DNA from: an uncultured Acidobacteriaceae bacterium
Lineage (GTDB): Bacteria; Acidobacteriota; Terriglobia; Terriglobales; Acidobacteriaceae
Direction: 5' to 3'
Assembly: GCA_963737035.1 (NCBI GenBank)
Contig: CAVTRJ010000016.1
Coordinates: 47,783-111,782 of the forward strand
DNA: 64,000 nt
The notes under the pieces are model-generated. The model saw nothing but the letters and a program-made list of their open reading frames with translations. It searched no databases and was not told where the DNA came from. The stretch's first letter is position 1, and each line of letters begins with the position of its first letter. This document shows, in pieces, positions 55,046-64,000 of this stretch. A program made the translations under genes and the position numbers.

Positions 55046-55504
55046 TTAGATCTCGAGCGGGATGATCTCTGCGCTCGCGCCTTTGGCGTCGATGCGCAGC
55101 CATGCGATGGTGACGGGAAGTTCAAATCGACGCGGACCGGCGCTGCCCGGATTCAGAAAGAGCACGCCGCGGCGCTGCTCGACGAGCGGCTTGTGAGAAT
55201 GCCCGAAGATCACCGCTGAGATACCGGCGGCTTCGGGATTGAGGTCGAGCTTTTTCACATCGTGAAGCATGTAGATGCTGCGGCCGTTGAGATCGATTAA
55301 CTCAGTTGGCGGCAGATGACCGCACGGGCCGCCTTCATCGATGTTGCCGCGAATGGCGGTGACGGGCGCGATGGCTCTCAGAGCATCGAGGATGGCGGGA
55401 TCGCCGACGTCTCCGGCGTGGAGGATGTGTTCTGCACCTTGCAATGCGCTGAGCGCTTCCGGCCGCAGCAGACCATGTGTGTCGGAAATCACACCAACGC
55501 GCAT
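55046..55504 (-). CDS. YfcE/MJ0936-family metallophosphoesterase
   Basis: Motifs are MRVGVISDTHG, HAGD, GNID and GHSH, in a 152-aa protein. Confidence 0.85.
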   Translation of the reverse strand: MRVGVISDTHGLLRPEALSALQGAEHILHAGDVGDPAILDALRAIAPVTAIRGNIDEGGPCGHLPPTELIDLNGRSIYMLHDVKKLDLNPEAAGISAVIFGHSHKPLVEQRRGVLFLNPGSAGPRRFELPVTIAWLRIDAKGASAEIIPLEI

Positions 55505-55507
55505 CGC

Positions 55508-56377
55508 TTACAGCCCGACCGCTAGCCGCGTGCGCGGGTCGAGATAGTCGCGCAGTGCATCGCCGATGAAGTTGAAGGAGAGCACGCAGCCCATCACAGC
55601 CAGAGCGGGGAAGACGACCAGGTGCGGTGCGTCGAAGAGATGAGAGCGGGCGTCGTTGAGCATGGAGCCCCAACTGGGCGCGGGCGCTGGAATGCCGAGG
55701 CCGAGGAAACTGAGCGTGGCTTCTGCGAGCACGGCACCGGCCATGCCGATAGCGGCCTGGACGAGGATCGGCTGCACGATGTTGGGCACGATATGGCGCG
55801 TGAAGATGCGGACATCGCCTGCGCCGAGGGCGCGCGCCGCTTCTACGAACTCGCGCTCGCGAACCGCCAGCACCTGGGCCCGCACCAGGCGAGCGTAGCC
55901 GACCCAGCCGCTGATAGAAAGTGCGAGCACAAGGTTGAAGAGGCCGGGGCCGAGGAAAGCGACAAATGCAATGGCTAACAGGATTCCCGGCAGCGCGAGA
56001 AATGCGTTCATCACGAAGATGTTGAGTGCCGTATCGACCCAGCCGCCGTAGTAGCCCGCGAGGCCGCCGACCAGCATGCCCAGCGAGAGCGAGATAGAAA
56101 CGACGCTGACCGCAACGATGAGTGAGATGCGCGCGCCAAACAAAATGCGCGAGAAGATATCGCGCCCGAGCTCATCGGTGCCAAACCAGTGGGCATGGCT
56201 GGGAGAGAGCAGACGATGGTTCAGATCGATGGCGGCGGGATCGTAGGGCGCGGTTGCCGAGGCGAACAGAGCCATGAGCACGAAGAGAACAAGCAGCGCG
56301 ACCCCGATGACGGCAAGAGGCTGATGTTTGAGGCGGTAGCCGAGGGAGGCGCGGGCCATGGCGGCATGATCGCACAA
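55508..56377 (-). CDS. ABC transporter permease, DppC/OppC type
   Basis: Motifs are HWFGTDELGRDIFSR and the EAA loop FVEAARALGAGDVRIFTRHIVPN. The true start may be MARASLG at 56359. Confidence 0.85.
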   Translation of the reverse strand: MCDHAAMARASLGYRLKHQPLAVIGVALLVLFVLMALFASATAPYDPAAIDLNHRLLSPSHAHWFGTDELGRDIFSRILFGARISLIVAVSVVSISLSLGMLVGGLAGYYGGWVDTALNIFVMNAFLALPGILLAIAFVAFLGPGLFNLVLALSISGWVGYARLVRAQVLAVREREFVEAARALGAGDVRIFTRHIVPNIVQPILVQAAIGMAGAVLAEATLSFLGLGIPAPAPSWGSMLNDARSHLFDAPHLVVFPALAVMGCVLSFNFIGDALRDYLDPRTRLAVGL

Positions 56378-56433
56378 CCCGGGACAGCAGTGGGATTGGC
56401 GGGCTGTGCGATCGGACTTGCGGAGCGACGTAG

Positions 56434-56976
56434 TTACATGGAAGCCGGAGTCATGATGACGCCGCAGGCGATGCGGGCGCCGGAGTTTCCGGATGGATCG
56501 GTCATCATGTCGTCAGCCTTCGCGTGGATGACGATCGACGTGCCTTCACCGGTGAAAACGGAATCCATCGCCTTGGGATCGAGCGAGACGCCTTTCGTGC
56601 TGAACTCGGTCTTATCCGTGCCGTCTGGTCCTACGGTGAGGTTGAAGGGCATGTCGCCCGCGTGCGGGCCGCTAGGGTTGTTGGCGCCGTGCTGCTTGCT
56701 GCCCGGGTTGAAGTGGCCGCCCGCAGACTTAAAGTCCGGCGGCTCGCATTTTGGATATTGATGGATGTGGATGCCATGCTGGCCAGGCGGCAGGTTCTTT
56801 ACGTCGACCCGCACATTGACGGTTCCGCCCTTGCCGGGGCGCAGCGTCACAGTTCCGGCATCTTTGCCATCAGCGGTGTGGATCGCCACAACAACCGGCT
56901 TCTGCTTTGCGGCGCTTGCTGAAAGTGCTGCCGTCGTCATCAGAACCGCCAATGTCATCAATCGTTTGAGCTGCAT
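56434..56976 (-). CDS. sodC: Periplasmic Cu/Zn superoxide dismutase
   Basis: The ATG at 56976 follows GGAGA. After the signal peptide come HGIHIHQYPKC, GGHFNP, GPHAGDMP and GNSGARIACGVI. Confidence 0.9.
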   Translation of the reverse strand: MQLKRLMTLAVLMTTAALSASAAKQKPVVVAIHTADGKDAGTVTLRPGKGGTVNVRVDVKNLPPGQHGIHIHQYPKCEPPDFKSAGGHFNPGSKQHGANNPSGPHAGDMPFNLTVGPDGTDKTEFSTKGVSLDPKAMDSVFTGEGTSIVIHAKADDMMTDPSGNSGARIACGVIMTPASM

Positions 56977-57180
56977 GTTTTCTCCAGTCGTTTTCGGTCG
57001 TTCATTCATGCGACTTATGCGTGAGTGGCTGCCGCGCAAAGTGGTCGTCGATCTCTCCCACTGCATCGCTGACATCTCGCCGTCCGAGCCGTGAAATGCG
57101 CGCCATAGTTTCGCCTCGCCCTGATCTGATTCCTCTAGTGTAGCTGCGAGGGCAGCATGGCAACACGTTCCGGCAGACGG

Positions 57181-58797
57181 TTAGTGACCGCCTGGCGCGC
57201 CGCCTGCACGAAAGCGGCGGATGAAAAAGGTCAGAGGCGTGACGGCCAGCATTACCCAGCCCATCACGCGGAAGCAATCCATGTAGCCGAGCAGGTGGGC
57301 CTGATTGCCGAGCAGGTGGTAGACGTTCGCGAGAGCTGCGGCATGGGCATCACCGGCCGAGATGCCTCGCTGCGTGAGAAATGTGGTGAGCGCGCGGACC
57401 CGCTGCTCGAGAAGGCCGGAGGTCTGCGGCAGGGCCGCACTCACCACCGACTGGTGATAGTCGAAGCGGCGCTCGCTGGCAGCGGTGGTGAAAGCGATAC
57501 CGAAGCTGCCGCCCCAGTTGCGAAAGAGATTGGTAAGGCTGGAGGCGCGGTTGTTCTGGTCGGGCCGCAGCTCCGAATAGGCGACGACATTCAGCGGGAC
57601 GAAAAAGAAAGCGTAGCCTAGCCCCTGATACACGCGGGCGAGCGCGTAATGTCCATAGTTGGTCGCGAGGGTGAAGCTGCTGTAGTACCACATGGACGCG
57701 GCAACTCCGAGCAAACTGCCGGCAAGAAGCACGCGTGGGTGAACGATACCTTTCTGCACCAGACGCGCGCTGACGGGAGCCAGCAGCGTGATCATGAGTG
57801 CTCCCGGGCCAAGCACGAGACCTGCATCGATGGCGCGGTAGCCATAGAGGGACTGCAGGATCTGGGGGATCATTGTGGTGGTGCCGAAGAGTCCGAATCC
57901 AAAGATGAACAGCAGCACAGAAGCGATGGTGAAGTGGCGGCTCTTCAGCAGGTGCAGATCGATGATGGGATCCTTTTGCCGCAGTTCCCAGAAGATCGCC
58001 CCGACCCAGCATACGATCGCAATGACAAAGGCCGATGCGATGACGCGGCTGCCGAACCAGTCATCGATCTGACCGCGATCGAGAAAGATTTCGAGCGCGG
58101 CTGAACCGAGGCCGACGAGAAGGATTCCGGTGGTATCGATCTTCAGGCGGCCGCCGGCGCGCGCGGCTTTGCGCTCGATTGTGAACGCGGGCGGATCCTG
58201 CACCAGCCGGCTGCTCAGGTAAAGAGAGAGCAGGCCGATGGGGATATTGATGAAAAAGACCCAGCGCCAAGTGTAGTTGTCGGTGATCCAACCGCCGAGT
58301 ACGGGCCCGATGGCCGGCGCGGTGACGATCGCGATGGTGTAGAGCGCGAAGGCGGAGGCCCGTTTTTCCGGAGGGAAGGCGTCGACCAGGATTGCCTGCT
58401 CTACCGGTGCGAGGCCGCCTCCACCGATACCCTGGAAGACGCGACTCAGGAGCATGAAGCCCAGACTTGGCGCGATGCCGCAGCAGAACGAACTGATGGT
58501 AAAGAGCGCCACGCAGGCGAGGTAGTAATTTTTCCTGCCGAAGACGCGGCTCAGCCATGCGCTCATCGGCAACACGACGGCGTTGGCTACCAGGTAGGTG
58601 GTGAGGATCCACGTGACTTCGTCGAAGCTGCGTCCGAGCCCGCCGGCGATATGGGGGAGAGAAACGTTGGCGATGGAGGTATCCAGCAACTCCATGAAGG
58701 TGGCGAGCGTCACCGTGAGGGCAACCGCCCACGGGCTCACTCCCGGCTTTACGGCGGTGGTTTGCGCGGTGCCTGTGATTTGCGTGGCGGTGGCCAT
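57181..58797 (-). CDS. MFS transporter, DHA2 (EmrB/QacA, 14-TM) drug-efflux family
   Basis: The 538-aa protein contains LDTSIANVSLPHIAG and motif A GRKNYYLACVALF. It lies divergent from a TetR gene. Confidence 0.85.
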   Translation of the reverse strand: MATATQITGTAQTTAVKPGVSPWAVALTVTLATFMELLDTSIANVSLPHIAGGLGRSFDEVTWILTTYLVANAVVLPMSAWLSRVFGRKNYYLACVALFTISSFCCGIAPSLGFMLLSRVFQGIGGGGLAPVEQAILVDAFPPEKRASAFALYTIAIVTAPAIGPVLGGWITDNYTWRWVFFINIPIGLLSLYLSSRLVQDPPAFTIERKAARAGGRLKIDTTGILLVGLGSAALEIFLDRGQIDDWFGSRVIASAFVIAIVCWVGAIFWELRQKDPIIDLHLLKSRHFTIASVLLFIFGFGLFGTTTMIPQILQSLYGYRAIDAGLVLGPGALMITLLAPVSARLVQKGIVHPRVLLAGSLLGVAASMWYYSSFTLATNYGHYALARVYQGLGYAFFFVPLNVVAYSELRPDQNNRASSLTNLFRNWGGSFGIAFTTAASERRFDYHQSVVSAALPQTSGLLEQRVRALTTFLTQRGISAGDAHAAALANVYHLLGNQAHLLGYMDCFRVMGWVMLAVTPLTFFIRRFRAGGAPGGH

Positions 58798-58836
58798 CGT
58801 CCTCCAGCTCTGGATGGGATAGTTGATTCGCGATGA

Positions 58837-58848
58837 GACCGATCGGTC
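58837..58848. promoter_or_regulatory. Perfect 12-bp palindrome GACCGATCGGTC, candidate TetR operator
   Basis: Read from the sequence in the 60-110 bp divergent region between the MFS and TetR genes. Confidence 0.45.
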
Positions 58849-58857
58849 GCAAATGGT

Positions 58858-59562
58858 ATGATTTTCTTTGTGGCAAAGAAGTTGACATCACGCCGGACGG
58901 GCACAGCGGTGAGGTCATCCCGAAAGGGAAACGAGACACGGCAGCGCATCATCGCGCAGTCGGCACCACTGTTGAATCAGAAAGGCTATGAAGGATGTTC
59001 GCTGCAGGACATCATGGCGGCAGTCGGACTAGAAAAGGGCGGCATCTACCGTCACTTTGCGAACAAGGAAGAACTGGCCGTCGCAGCATTTGATTTTGCG
59101 TGGGCGGAGGTTTATCACGGCCGCAACCGGGGACTCGAGGGGATCGAGGATCCTGTGCTGCGGATCGAAGCCTTCATTCGTAACTTTGCAGAGCGCAGAC
59201 CCGCGCTGCGCGGTGGTTGTCCCCTGTTGAATACTGCGATCGATGCAGATGATGGAAACGCCGCTCTGCGCGCCCGCGCTCAGCAGGCACTCGACGAATG
59301 GCGTACGCGGCTCAGTTCTCTGATCTCGTCAGCGATACGGCAGGGAAGTCTGAAGCGCGGAATCCGGCCCTCCGCGGTTGCGTCGCTGATCATCGGCACA
59401 CTCGAGGGAGCGCTGATGATCAGCCGTTTGGATGACGATAGAACTGCGCTCAAGATCGCTCGCGATCATTTGATTTCGTATATAGAGAGTCTTCGCGGCG
59501 TTAGGCGTCGAACGGACGCGAGCGGCGGGAACCGTCGGACACAAAGTGTGAGCAGACGATAG
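58858..59562 (+). CDS. TetR/AcrR-family transcriptional regulator
   Basis: The helix-turn-helix region is [48 protein letters not shown]. The start may instead be the GTG at 58909. Confidence 0.85.
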   Translation: MIFFVAKKLTSRRTGTAVRSSRKGNETRQRIIAQSAPLLNQKGYEGCSLQDIMAAVGLEKGGIYRHFANKEELAVAAFDFAWAEVYHGRNRGLEGIEDPVLRIEAFIRNFAERRPALRGGCPLLNTAIDADDGNAALRARAQQALDEWRTRLSSLISSAIRQGSLKRGIRPSAVASLIIGTLEGALMISRLDDDRTALKIARDHLISYIESLRGVRRRTDASGGNRRTQSVSRR

Positions 59563-59579
59563 AAGTCTGTTGTCACTCT

Positions 59580-59830
59580 AGCGTGAACCAGAACGTTTGC
59601 TCCCTGATGCACCGCGCTGTTTGCCCAGACGCGTCCGTGGTGTCCGTGAACGATGCGCGCTACTGTGGCTAGACCGATACCGGATCCTTTGAAGTCCTCA
59701 TCGCCATGGAGACGATTGAAAGCGCCAAACAGCTTGTTGGCATAGGCCGGGCGCTCATGCTGCAGGCGATGACGGATTGGCAGCCGGTAGACGGGAAAGG
59801 TCCTCGGCGCGCCTATCTTTGACCACCAGT
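59580..59830 (-). pseudogene. Remnant of a sensor histidine kinase (C-terminal HATPase_c fragment only)
   Basis: [51 protein letters not shown] matches the G1-F-G2 boxes of HATPase_c. There is no H-box or sensor domain upstream, the adjoining frames are broken, and the segment is AT-richer. Confidence 0.6.
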
Positions 59831-60168
59831 AGAGAATACAGTTCATATGCGAACCGCTCACTGTCCTGCAAGGTCCTGCCTTTCTGCCGCCATAGGCATT
59901 GTGTTTCGAATCGAAAATCATGGATTAAGGTAGCCTCTAACAGGCTTCTGAGCAGCGTCTGGCGTGGCATTACGGATGCTCTAGGGATTGTTCCATCGTT
60001 CGACAGAGGGTTTGAAGCTGTTGGAGTCAACGTTTCGCTATTGGAATTTATTTCCATTTGACAATGATTTAAGAGCTCTGCTCTACTTTGCACGATTTAA
60101 GAGGGCGCGCTGCGCAGGCAGCATTGCAGACACTCGCGCGCCCCGGCAGCATCTTCGGAGGCAATCGA

Positions 60169-63100
60169 ATGGATCACTTTTTCCGCAAAAACTTCACATC
60201 TCAGAGTCCAGAAAGAGACCGGATATGGAGCCTGCTTAAGAGAAGAATCAGCGTGCCTTTCATTGTGGTTGCGCTCGCCTGTGTGTCTTTTACAAGCGTG
60301 ACCGCCTTCTCCCAGACGGAACTGGGGTCGATCAGCGGGACGATCGAGGATACTTCCGGAGCCGCCATACCCAACTGTCAGGTTGAAATCAAGAGCACGC
60401 AGACCTCCGCGGTTCGCACTGTGGCCACCGACCAGAATGGCTTCTATTCGGTTCCGTCGCTTACCGTCGGCCCGTATACGATCTCGGCCACCGCTTCAGG
60501 GTTCAAGCGCGCCGTCATGAACGTTGTGCTTACCACGGGCGGTACTGTCGCCAACCTTCAAATACCAGCTGGCAATGTGCAGCAACAGGTTGTCGTCAAT
60601 GCGGATTCGGGTTCCGTCAGCCTGCAGACCGACAGTCACGAGCTCGCGACATCCGTGACGCCGGCGCAGCTCGTCAACCTTCCGAACAGCGGACGCAGCA
60701 TCATCAGTATCGCAACGCTTGGGCCTGCTTCGCAGCCTGGCACCGACGTGGGCGTGGACGGCGGAGATGAAGGCTTCTACGGACAGACGGCAGCCTCCGT
60801 CATCATCTCTGGCCTTGGCAATGCGCATACGGCCTTTCTCCAGGATGGCGTCGCCAATACCAACCTGCTGACTCAAACAGCGAACATACTTCCGTCGGTC
60901 GAGGCCACACAGGAGGCCACTACTCTATTGAATGGAGCACCCGCGCGGTTCAGCCAGCCCGCAGTCATCGACGTGATCACGAGAGGCGGCGCAAACCAGG
61001 TGCACGGTACCGCTTACGACTTTCTGCAGAACGACGTCTTTGACGCGACGAACTGGTTTGCCACCAGCAAACCCGCCAAACGCTACAACCTCTTCGGCGG
61101 CAATCTCGGCGGCCCGCTGCTACACAACAAACTCTTCGCTTTCTTTGACTACTCTGGACTGCGCAGCAAAACCTCGTCTGTTAATCGTGATCGCGTGCCC
61201 ACGGACGCAGAACGCAACGGTGACTTTTCGGCCGACGGCGTGACGCTCTACAATCCGGCTACATACAATCCGGCTACCGGCTCGTCTCAGCCCTTCACTG
61301 GCAACAAACTTCCCTACATCAGCCCACTGGCGCAGCAATGGTTGAAAAACTACCCTGCGCCAAACACGCAGCTTGGTGCTGACAATGTCAACTACGTCAT
61401 CAATCTGCCCTCGGTGAACAACTACGATGAATATCTCGGCCGGGTAGACTTCAATCTTTCCGCGCATGACGAGATGTTCGGCACCGTTGCACGGCTGGAA
61501 AGCACCGCTGGCAATGACAGCATCACACCCGGCTTGTTTGGCATTTTCGACACGCTGAAAGGCACAAACATCTCTGTCGCGGAGACGCACGTGATCAACG
61601 GCGCCGTCGTGAACGTATTTAAGGCTGGTTACAACCGAAGCAACCTGTTTCGCACGCAGCAAGGGCAGGGCGCACAGGATTACGCGAAGCTCTATGGCCT
61701 GCAGAACGTGAACCCGCTGCCCCAGCAGTGGACGCCCCCACAGATCAACCTATCCACCTACACGTCGCTTGGTGATCCTTATTCGCCTCAGGGCGCGATT
61801 CAGAACCGCTACCAGTTCACGGATGAGGTGAATTGGAAGATCCGCAATCACACCATCGCGTTCGGAGGGGTCTACGTCCGAACGCAATTCGATGGCAACT
61901 GGGTGGTCGGCAACAACGGTATTTACAACTTCGATGGCAGCGCTACCGCGCAATACATCAACGGTATTCCGAGTGCGACGGTACAGGGCAATCCCCTGGC
62001 CGATTTGGAACTTGGCTTTCCTCGTACAGGAAACGCCGCCAATGGCGTCTCCGTCGGTGCTTTCCGCGGGTTCGACGTCGCAGGTTATGTGCAGGACGAC
62101 TGGAAGATCCTGCCCAACCTGACGCTCAACTTCGGTCTACGCTACGAGTTCGACAATCCGCCCAATGATAAGAATGGTCATGGTGGTCAGTTTAATGTCG
62201 CCACCAACACGGTCATCCCGGGCACGTGGAATACTAACTACAACGACTGGGGACCACGTGTGGGGTTTGCGTACTCGGCGAGTCCCAGAGTCATCGTCCG
62301 CGGCGGTTACGGCGTCTATTACGCGCCCATTCTTTACAACAACCTCCAATTCCAGCTGCTCTATTCTCCAAACTTCGTCAACCAGTCTTACTCGCTCAAC
62401 ATTGAGCATCCGGTCGACATACAAAATCTTTTCGTGGCGAATCCCTCGCTTGCCGGGCAACAAAACTACACGCTCACCAAGACTCTTAAGGACACCTCGG
62501 TCCAGGAGTGGAACCTGGATATTGAGCAGTTGCTCAGCTCCAACACGATGCTGACGATTGGCTACATTGGCAACGTAACGCGCCACCAGTCGGCACGTGC
62601 TGACCTCAACCAGCCTTTCGCGCTCTCGCCTGGAAATACCACCGGCATCCTTGATTTGAGGCCGAACACAAGCGTGGGAACTACAGATGGACAACTGAAT
62701 GCCTTCTCCGCGAACTACAGCGGGCTCATTGCGAAGGTGGAGCGTAGCTTCAGCGGCGGTTTGCAGTTCCTGGGCAGCTACACTTACTCGAAAGCAATGG
62801 ATATCCTCGACGGCGACAACGCCGATGTGCAGAACCTCTACAATCCCTCCCTCACCTATGGGCCCGCAGGCTTCGACCGGACCCACAATGTGCTGCTCAG
62901 TGGGATCTATGAGCTACCCTTTGGTCCGGGCAAACAGTTTGCCAAGTCGAATAACATTTTTAATCGCGAACTCGTCGGAGGTTGGCAGATCTCGGCGATT
63001 CAGCAGTTCGCGACTGGTCAGCCAATTTCGGTGACGGCGAACAACAATGCAGACACCAGTTCGGTGCATAGTGTCTACGCGAGTCGGATATGCGATGGCG

Positions 63101-63414
63101 CTCCGCCCGCTGGACATCCTCGGCTGCAGTTCTTCAACCCTGCTTGCTACGTGCAGCCGGCAACAGGCCAATATGGCAGCGCGCGCAGCGGACCGCGCCA
63201 GCCCGGCATCGATACCACGAACCTGGGTTTACAGAAGGCATTTGCGATTACAGAACGCCAGCAGTTGCAATTTCGCGCCGAGGCATTCAGCGTCTTTAAC
63301 CACCCCAATTTCGGTAGCGGTAGCACGAGCATTACAAATCCAAGCGCGGGCTTGCTGACCTTTGAATCCGTTGGGCAACGCACGCTTCAGTTGGCGCTGC
63401 GCTACTCCTTCTGA
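60169..63414 (+). CDS. TonB-dependent outer-membrane receptor with N-terminal carboxypeptidase-regulatory-like domain
   Basis: The ATG at 60169 follows GGAGG. A signal peptide is followed by GSISGTIEDTSGAAIPNCQVEIKS...GFYSVPSLTVGPYTI and a barrel ending ...LALRYSF. It is a paralogue-like relative of the 18524 receptor. Confidence 0.85.
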   Translation: MDHFFRKNFTSQSPERDRIWSLLKRRISVPFIVVALACVSFTSVTAFSQTELGSISGTIEDTSGAAIPNCQVEIKSTQTSAVRTVATDQNGFYSVPSLTVGPYTISATASGFKRAVMNVVLTTGGTVANLQIPAGNVQQQVVVNADSGSVSLQTDSHELATSVTPAQLVNLPNSGRSIISIATLGPASQPGTDVGVDGGDEGFYGQTAASVIISGLGNAHTAFLQDGVANTNLLTQTANILPSVEATQEATTLLNGAPARFSQPAVIDVITRGGANQVHGTAYDFLQNDVFDATNWFATSKPAKRYNLFGGNLGGPLLHNKLFAFFDYSGLRSKTSSVNRDRVPTDAERNGDFSADGVTLYNPATYNPATGSSQPFTGNKLPYISPLAQQWLKNYPAPNTQLGADNVNYVINLPSVNNYDEYLGRVDFNLSAHDEMFGTVARLESTAGNDSITPGLFGIFDTLKGTNISVAETHVINGAVVNVFKAGYNRSNLFRTQQGQGAQDYAKLYGLQNVNPLPQQWTPPQINLSTYTSLGDPYSPQGAIQNRYQFTDEVNWKIRNHTIAFGGVYVRTQFDGNWVVGNNGIYNFDGSATAQYINGIPSATVQGNPLADLELGFPRTGNAANGVSVGAFRGFDVAGYVQDDWKILPNLTLNFGLRYEFDNPPNDKNGHGGQFNVATNTVIPGTWNTNYNDWGPRVGFAYSASPRVIVRGGYGVYYAPILYNNLQFQLLYSPNFVNQSYSLNIEHPVDIQNLFVANPSLAGQQNYTLTKTLKDTSVQEWNLDIEQLLSSNTMLTIGYIGNVTRHQSARADLNQPFALSPGNTTGILDLRPNTSVGTTDGQLNAFSANYSGLIAKVERSFSGGLQFLGSYTYSKAMDILDGDNADVQNLYNPSLTYGPAGFDRTHNVLLSGIYELPFGPGKQFAKSNNIFNRELVGGWQISAIQQFATGQPISVTANNNADTSSVHSVYASRICDGAPPAGHPRLQFFNPACYVQPATGQYGSARSGPRQPGIDTTNLGLQKAFAITERQQLQFRAEAFSVFNHPNFGSGSTSITNPSAGLLTFESVGQRTLQLALRYSF

Positions 63415-63428
63415 TAACCCGATTTCGG

Positions 63429-63454
63429 CCTGGATGCGAACGGCTGCATCCAGG
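63429..63454 (+). terminator. Hairpin CCTGGATGC-N8-GCATCCAGG downstream of the receptor gene
   Basis: The stem is 9 bp and perfect, and no T-tract follows. Confidence 0.4.
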
Positions 63455-63597
63455 GGCCGGTAGGATGCATGAGCACGTCAGCTAAAAAGAGCCGGAACCG
63501 TGGAAGGCGATAGCGCTCGAGACAGCAGAGCCGAGTCAGTCGATCGCGTCCGCCGATTTACGCGATATCGAGTACAAGTAAAAAGGGAGCAGGGCCG

Positions 63598-64000
63598 ATG
63601 AGTGTGACACGACGAAGGTTTCTTTTGGATACGAGCTATGCGGGCACAGGACTACTGTTCGGTGATCCCATTCACCGCTTGCTGCTGGAGCAGCCAGGTG
63701 ATCCATCTCTTGCGCTCCACGGAACCGGCATCCGGATGGCCGCGACGCCCGCCACACACTATCGGGCCTACAAGTCGAGACCGGCCGCGCGGCCGGACAC
63801 CACCACCTGGGTGCAGATCGAGTTGTCAAAGAGCGTCGCCATCGATGAAGTTCGCCTCTACCCAGCATCCGAGCGCATGTATCCGGGGCGCGATCAGTAC
63901 TACGCGGGCGAAGGGTTTCCACTGCGTTTCCGCATTGAGGCCTCCGATGACGAGGCGTTTACCAAACCCGTGGTCGTCGCCGACTTTACCGGCGTGGACG
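63598..64000 (+). CDS. Tat-signal protein with discoidin/F5-F8 type C (carbohydrate-binding)-like N-terminal domain, 3'-truncated by the window end
   Basis: The ATG at 63598 follows AAAGGGAG. The signal is MSVTRRRFLLDTSYAGTG. WVQIELSKSVAIDEVRLYP and the later FRIEASDD resemble the discoidin-domain core. The ORF is absent from the track because no stop occurs before the window edge. Confidence 0.55.
   Translation, partial: MSVTRRRFLLDTSYAGTGLLFGDPIHRLLLEQPGDPSLALHGTGIRMAATPATHYRAYKSRPAARPDTTTWVQIELSKSVAIDEVRLYPASERMYPGRDQYYAGEGFPLRFRIEASDDEAFTKPVVVADFTGVD

Noticed and set aside
1-64000. A scan for tRNA/rRNA genes, CRISPR arrays, transposases, integrases, and phage or defence genes.
   Set aside because: I saw no T-loop/acceptor-like tRNA signatures in the intergenic regions, no regularly spaced repeat-spacer arrays, and no ORF with transposase, integrase, nuclease or defence-type motifs. 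This is a by-eye search only, so tRNAscan-SE, Infernal, ISfinder and DefenseFinder should confirm it.

Overview
The window is a GC-rich chromosomal segment with G/C-dominated third codon positions. It looks like Acidobacteriota (Terriglobia-type), which is an inference from four things: two CarboxypepD_reg-type TonB-dependent receptors, a VWFA-type secreted protein, many Tat-signal sugar enzymes, and a dispersed TTCGC..TCAGGATGAC intergenic repeat.

About 55 protein genes can be supported. I saw no rRNA, tRNA, CRISPR array, transposase, integrase or prophage genes, so most of the window is ordinary housekeeping or metabolic chromosome.

Recognisable genes and modules:
- Single genes: uvrB, uxaC, motAB, kbl, sodC, apbE, rhaM and an hslR-like gene.
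- Efflux: an RND operon whose TolC-like gene is frameshifted, plus a TetR/MFS pair.
- Signalling: PP2C and STAS partner-switching parts.
- ABC transport: oppositely oriented dppB-like and dppC-like permease genes.

The most system-like candidate spans 17.4-28.0 kb and contains no classical glycoside hydrolase. It encodes a GntR regulator, a TonB receptor, a translationally coupled TIM-barrel pair, two Tat-exported Gfo/Idh/MocA oxidoreductases and an embedded ApbE lipoprotein. I interpret it as a candidate periplasmic oxidative (keto-sugar) glycoside-cleavage pathway; this is an inference only.

Other points worth a second look:
- Three genes are each broken by a single indel inside a Pro/Gly/Ala-rich linker.
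- A repeat motif occupies every spacer of the sugar locus.
- A perfect 12-7-12 palindrome lies between a CGNR zinc-finger gene and a hydrolase gene.
- A histidine-kinase remnant sits in an AT-richer scar.
- The left edge of the window is AT-richer.

All calls come from reading the translated ORFs and the DNA by eye. No database search was run, and start codons are often uncertain.
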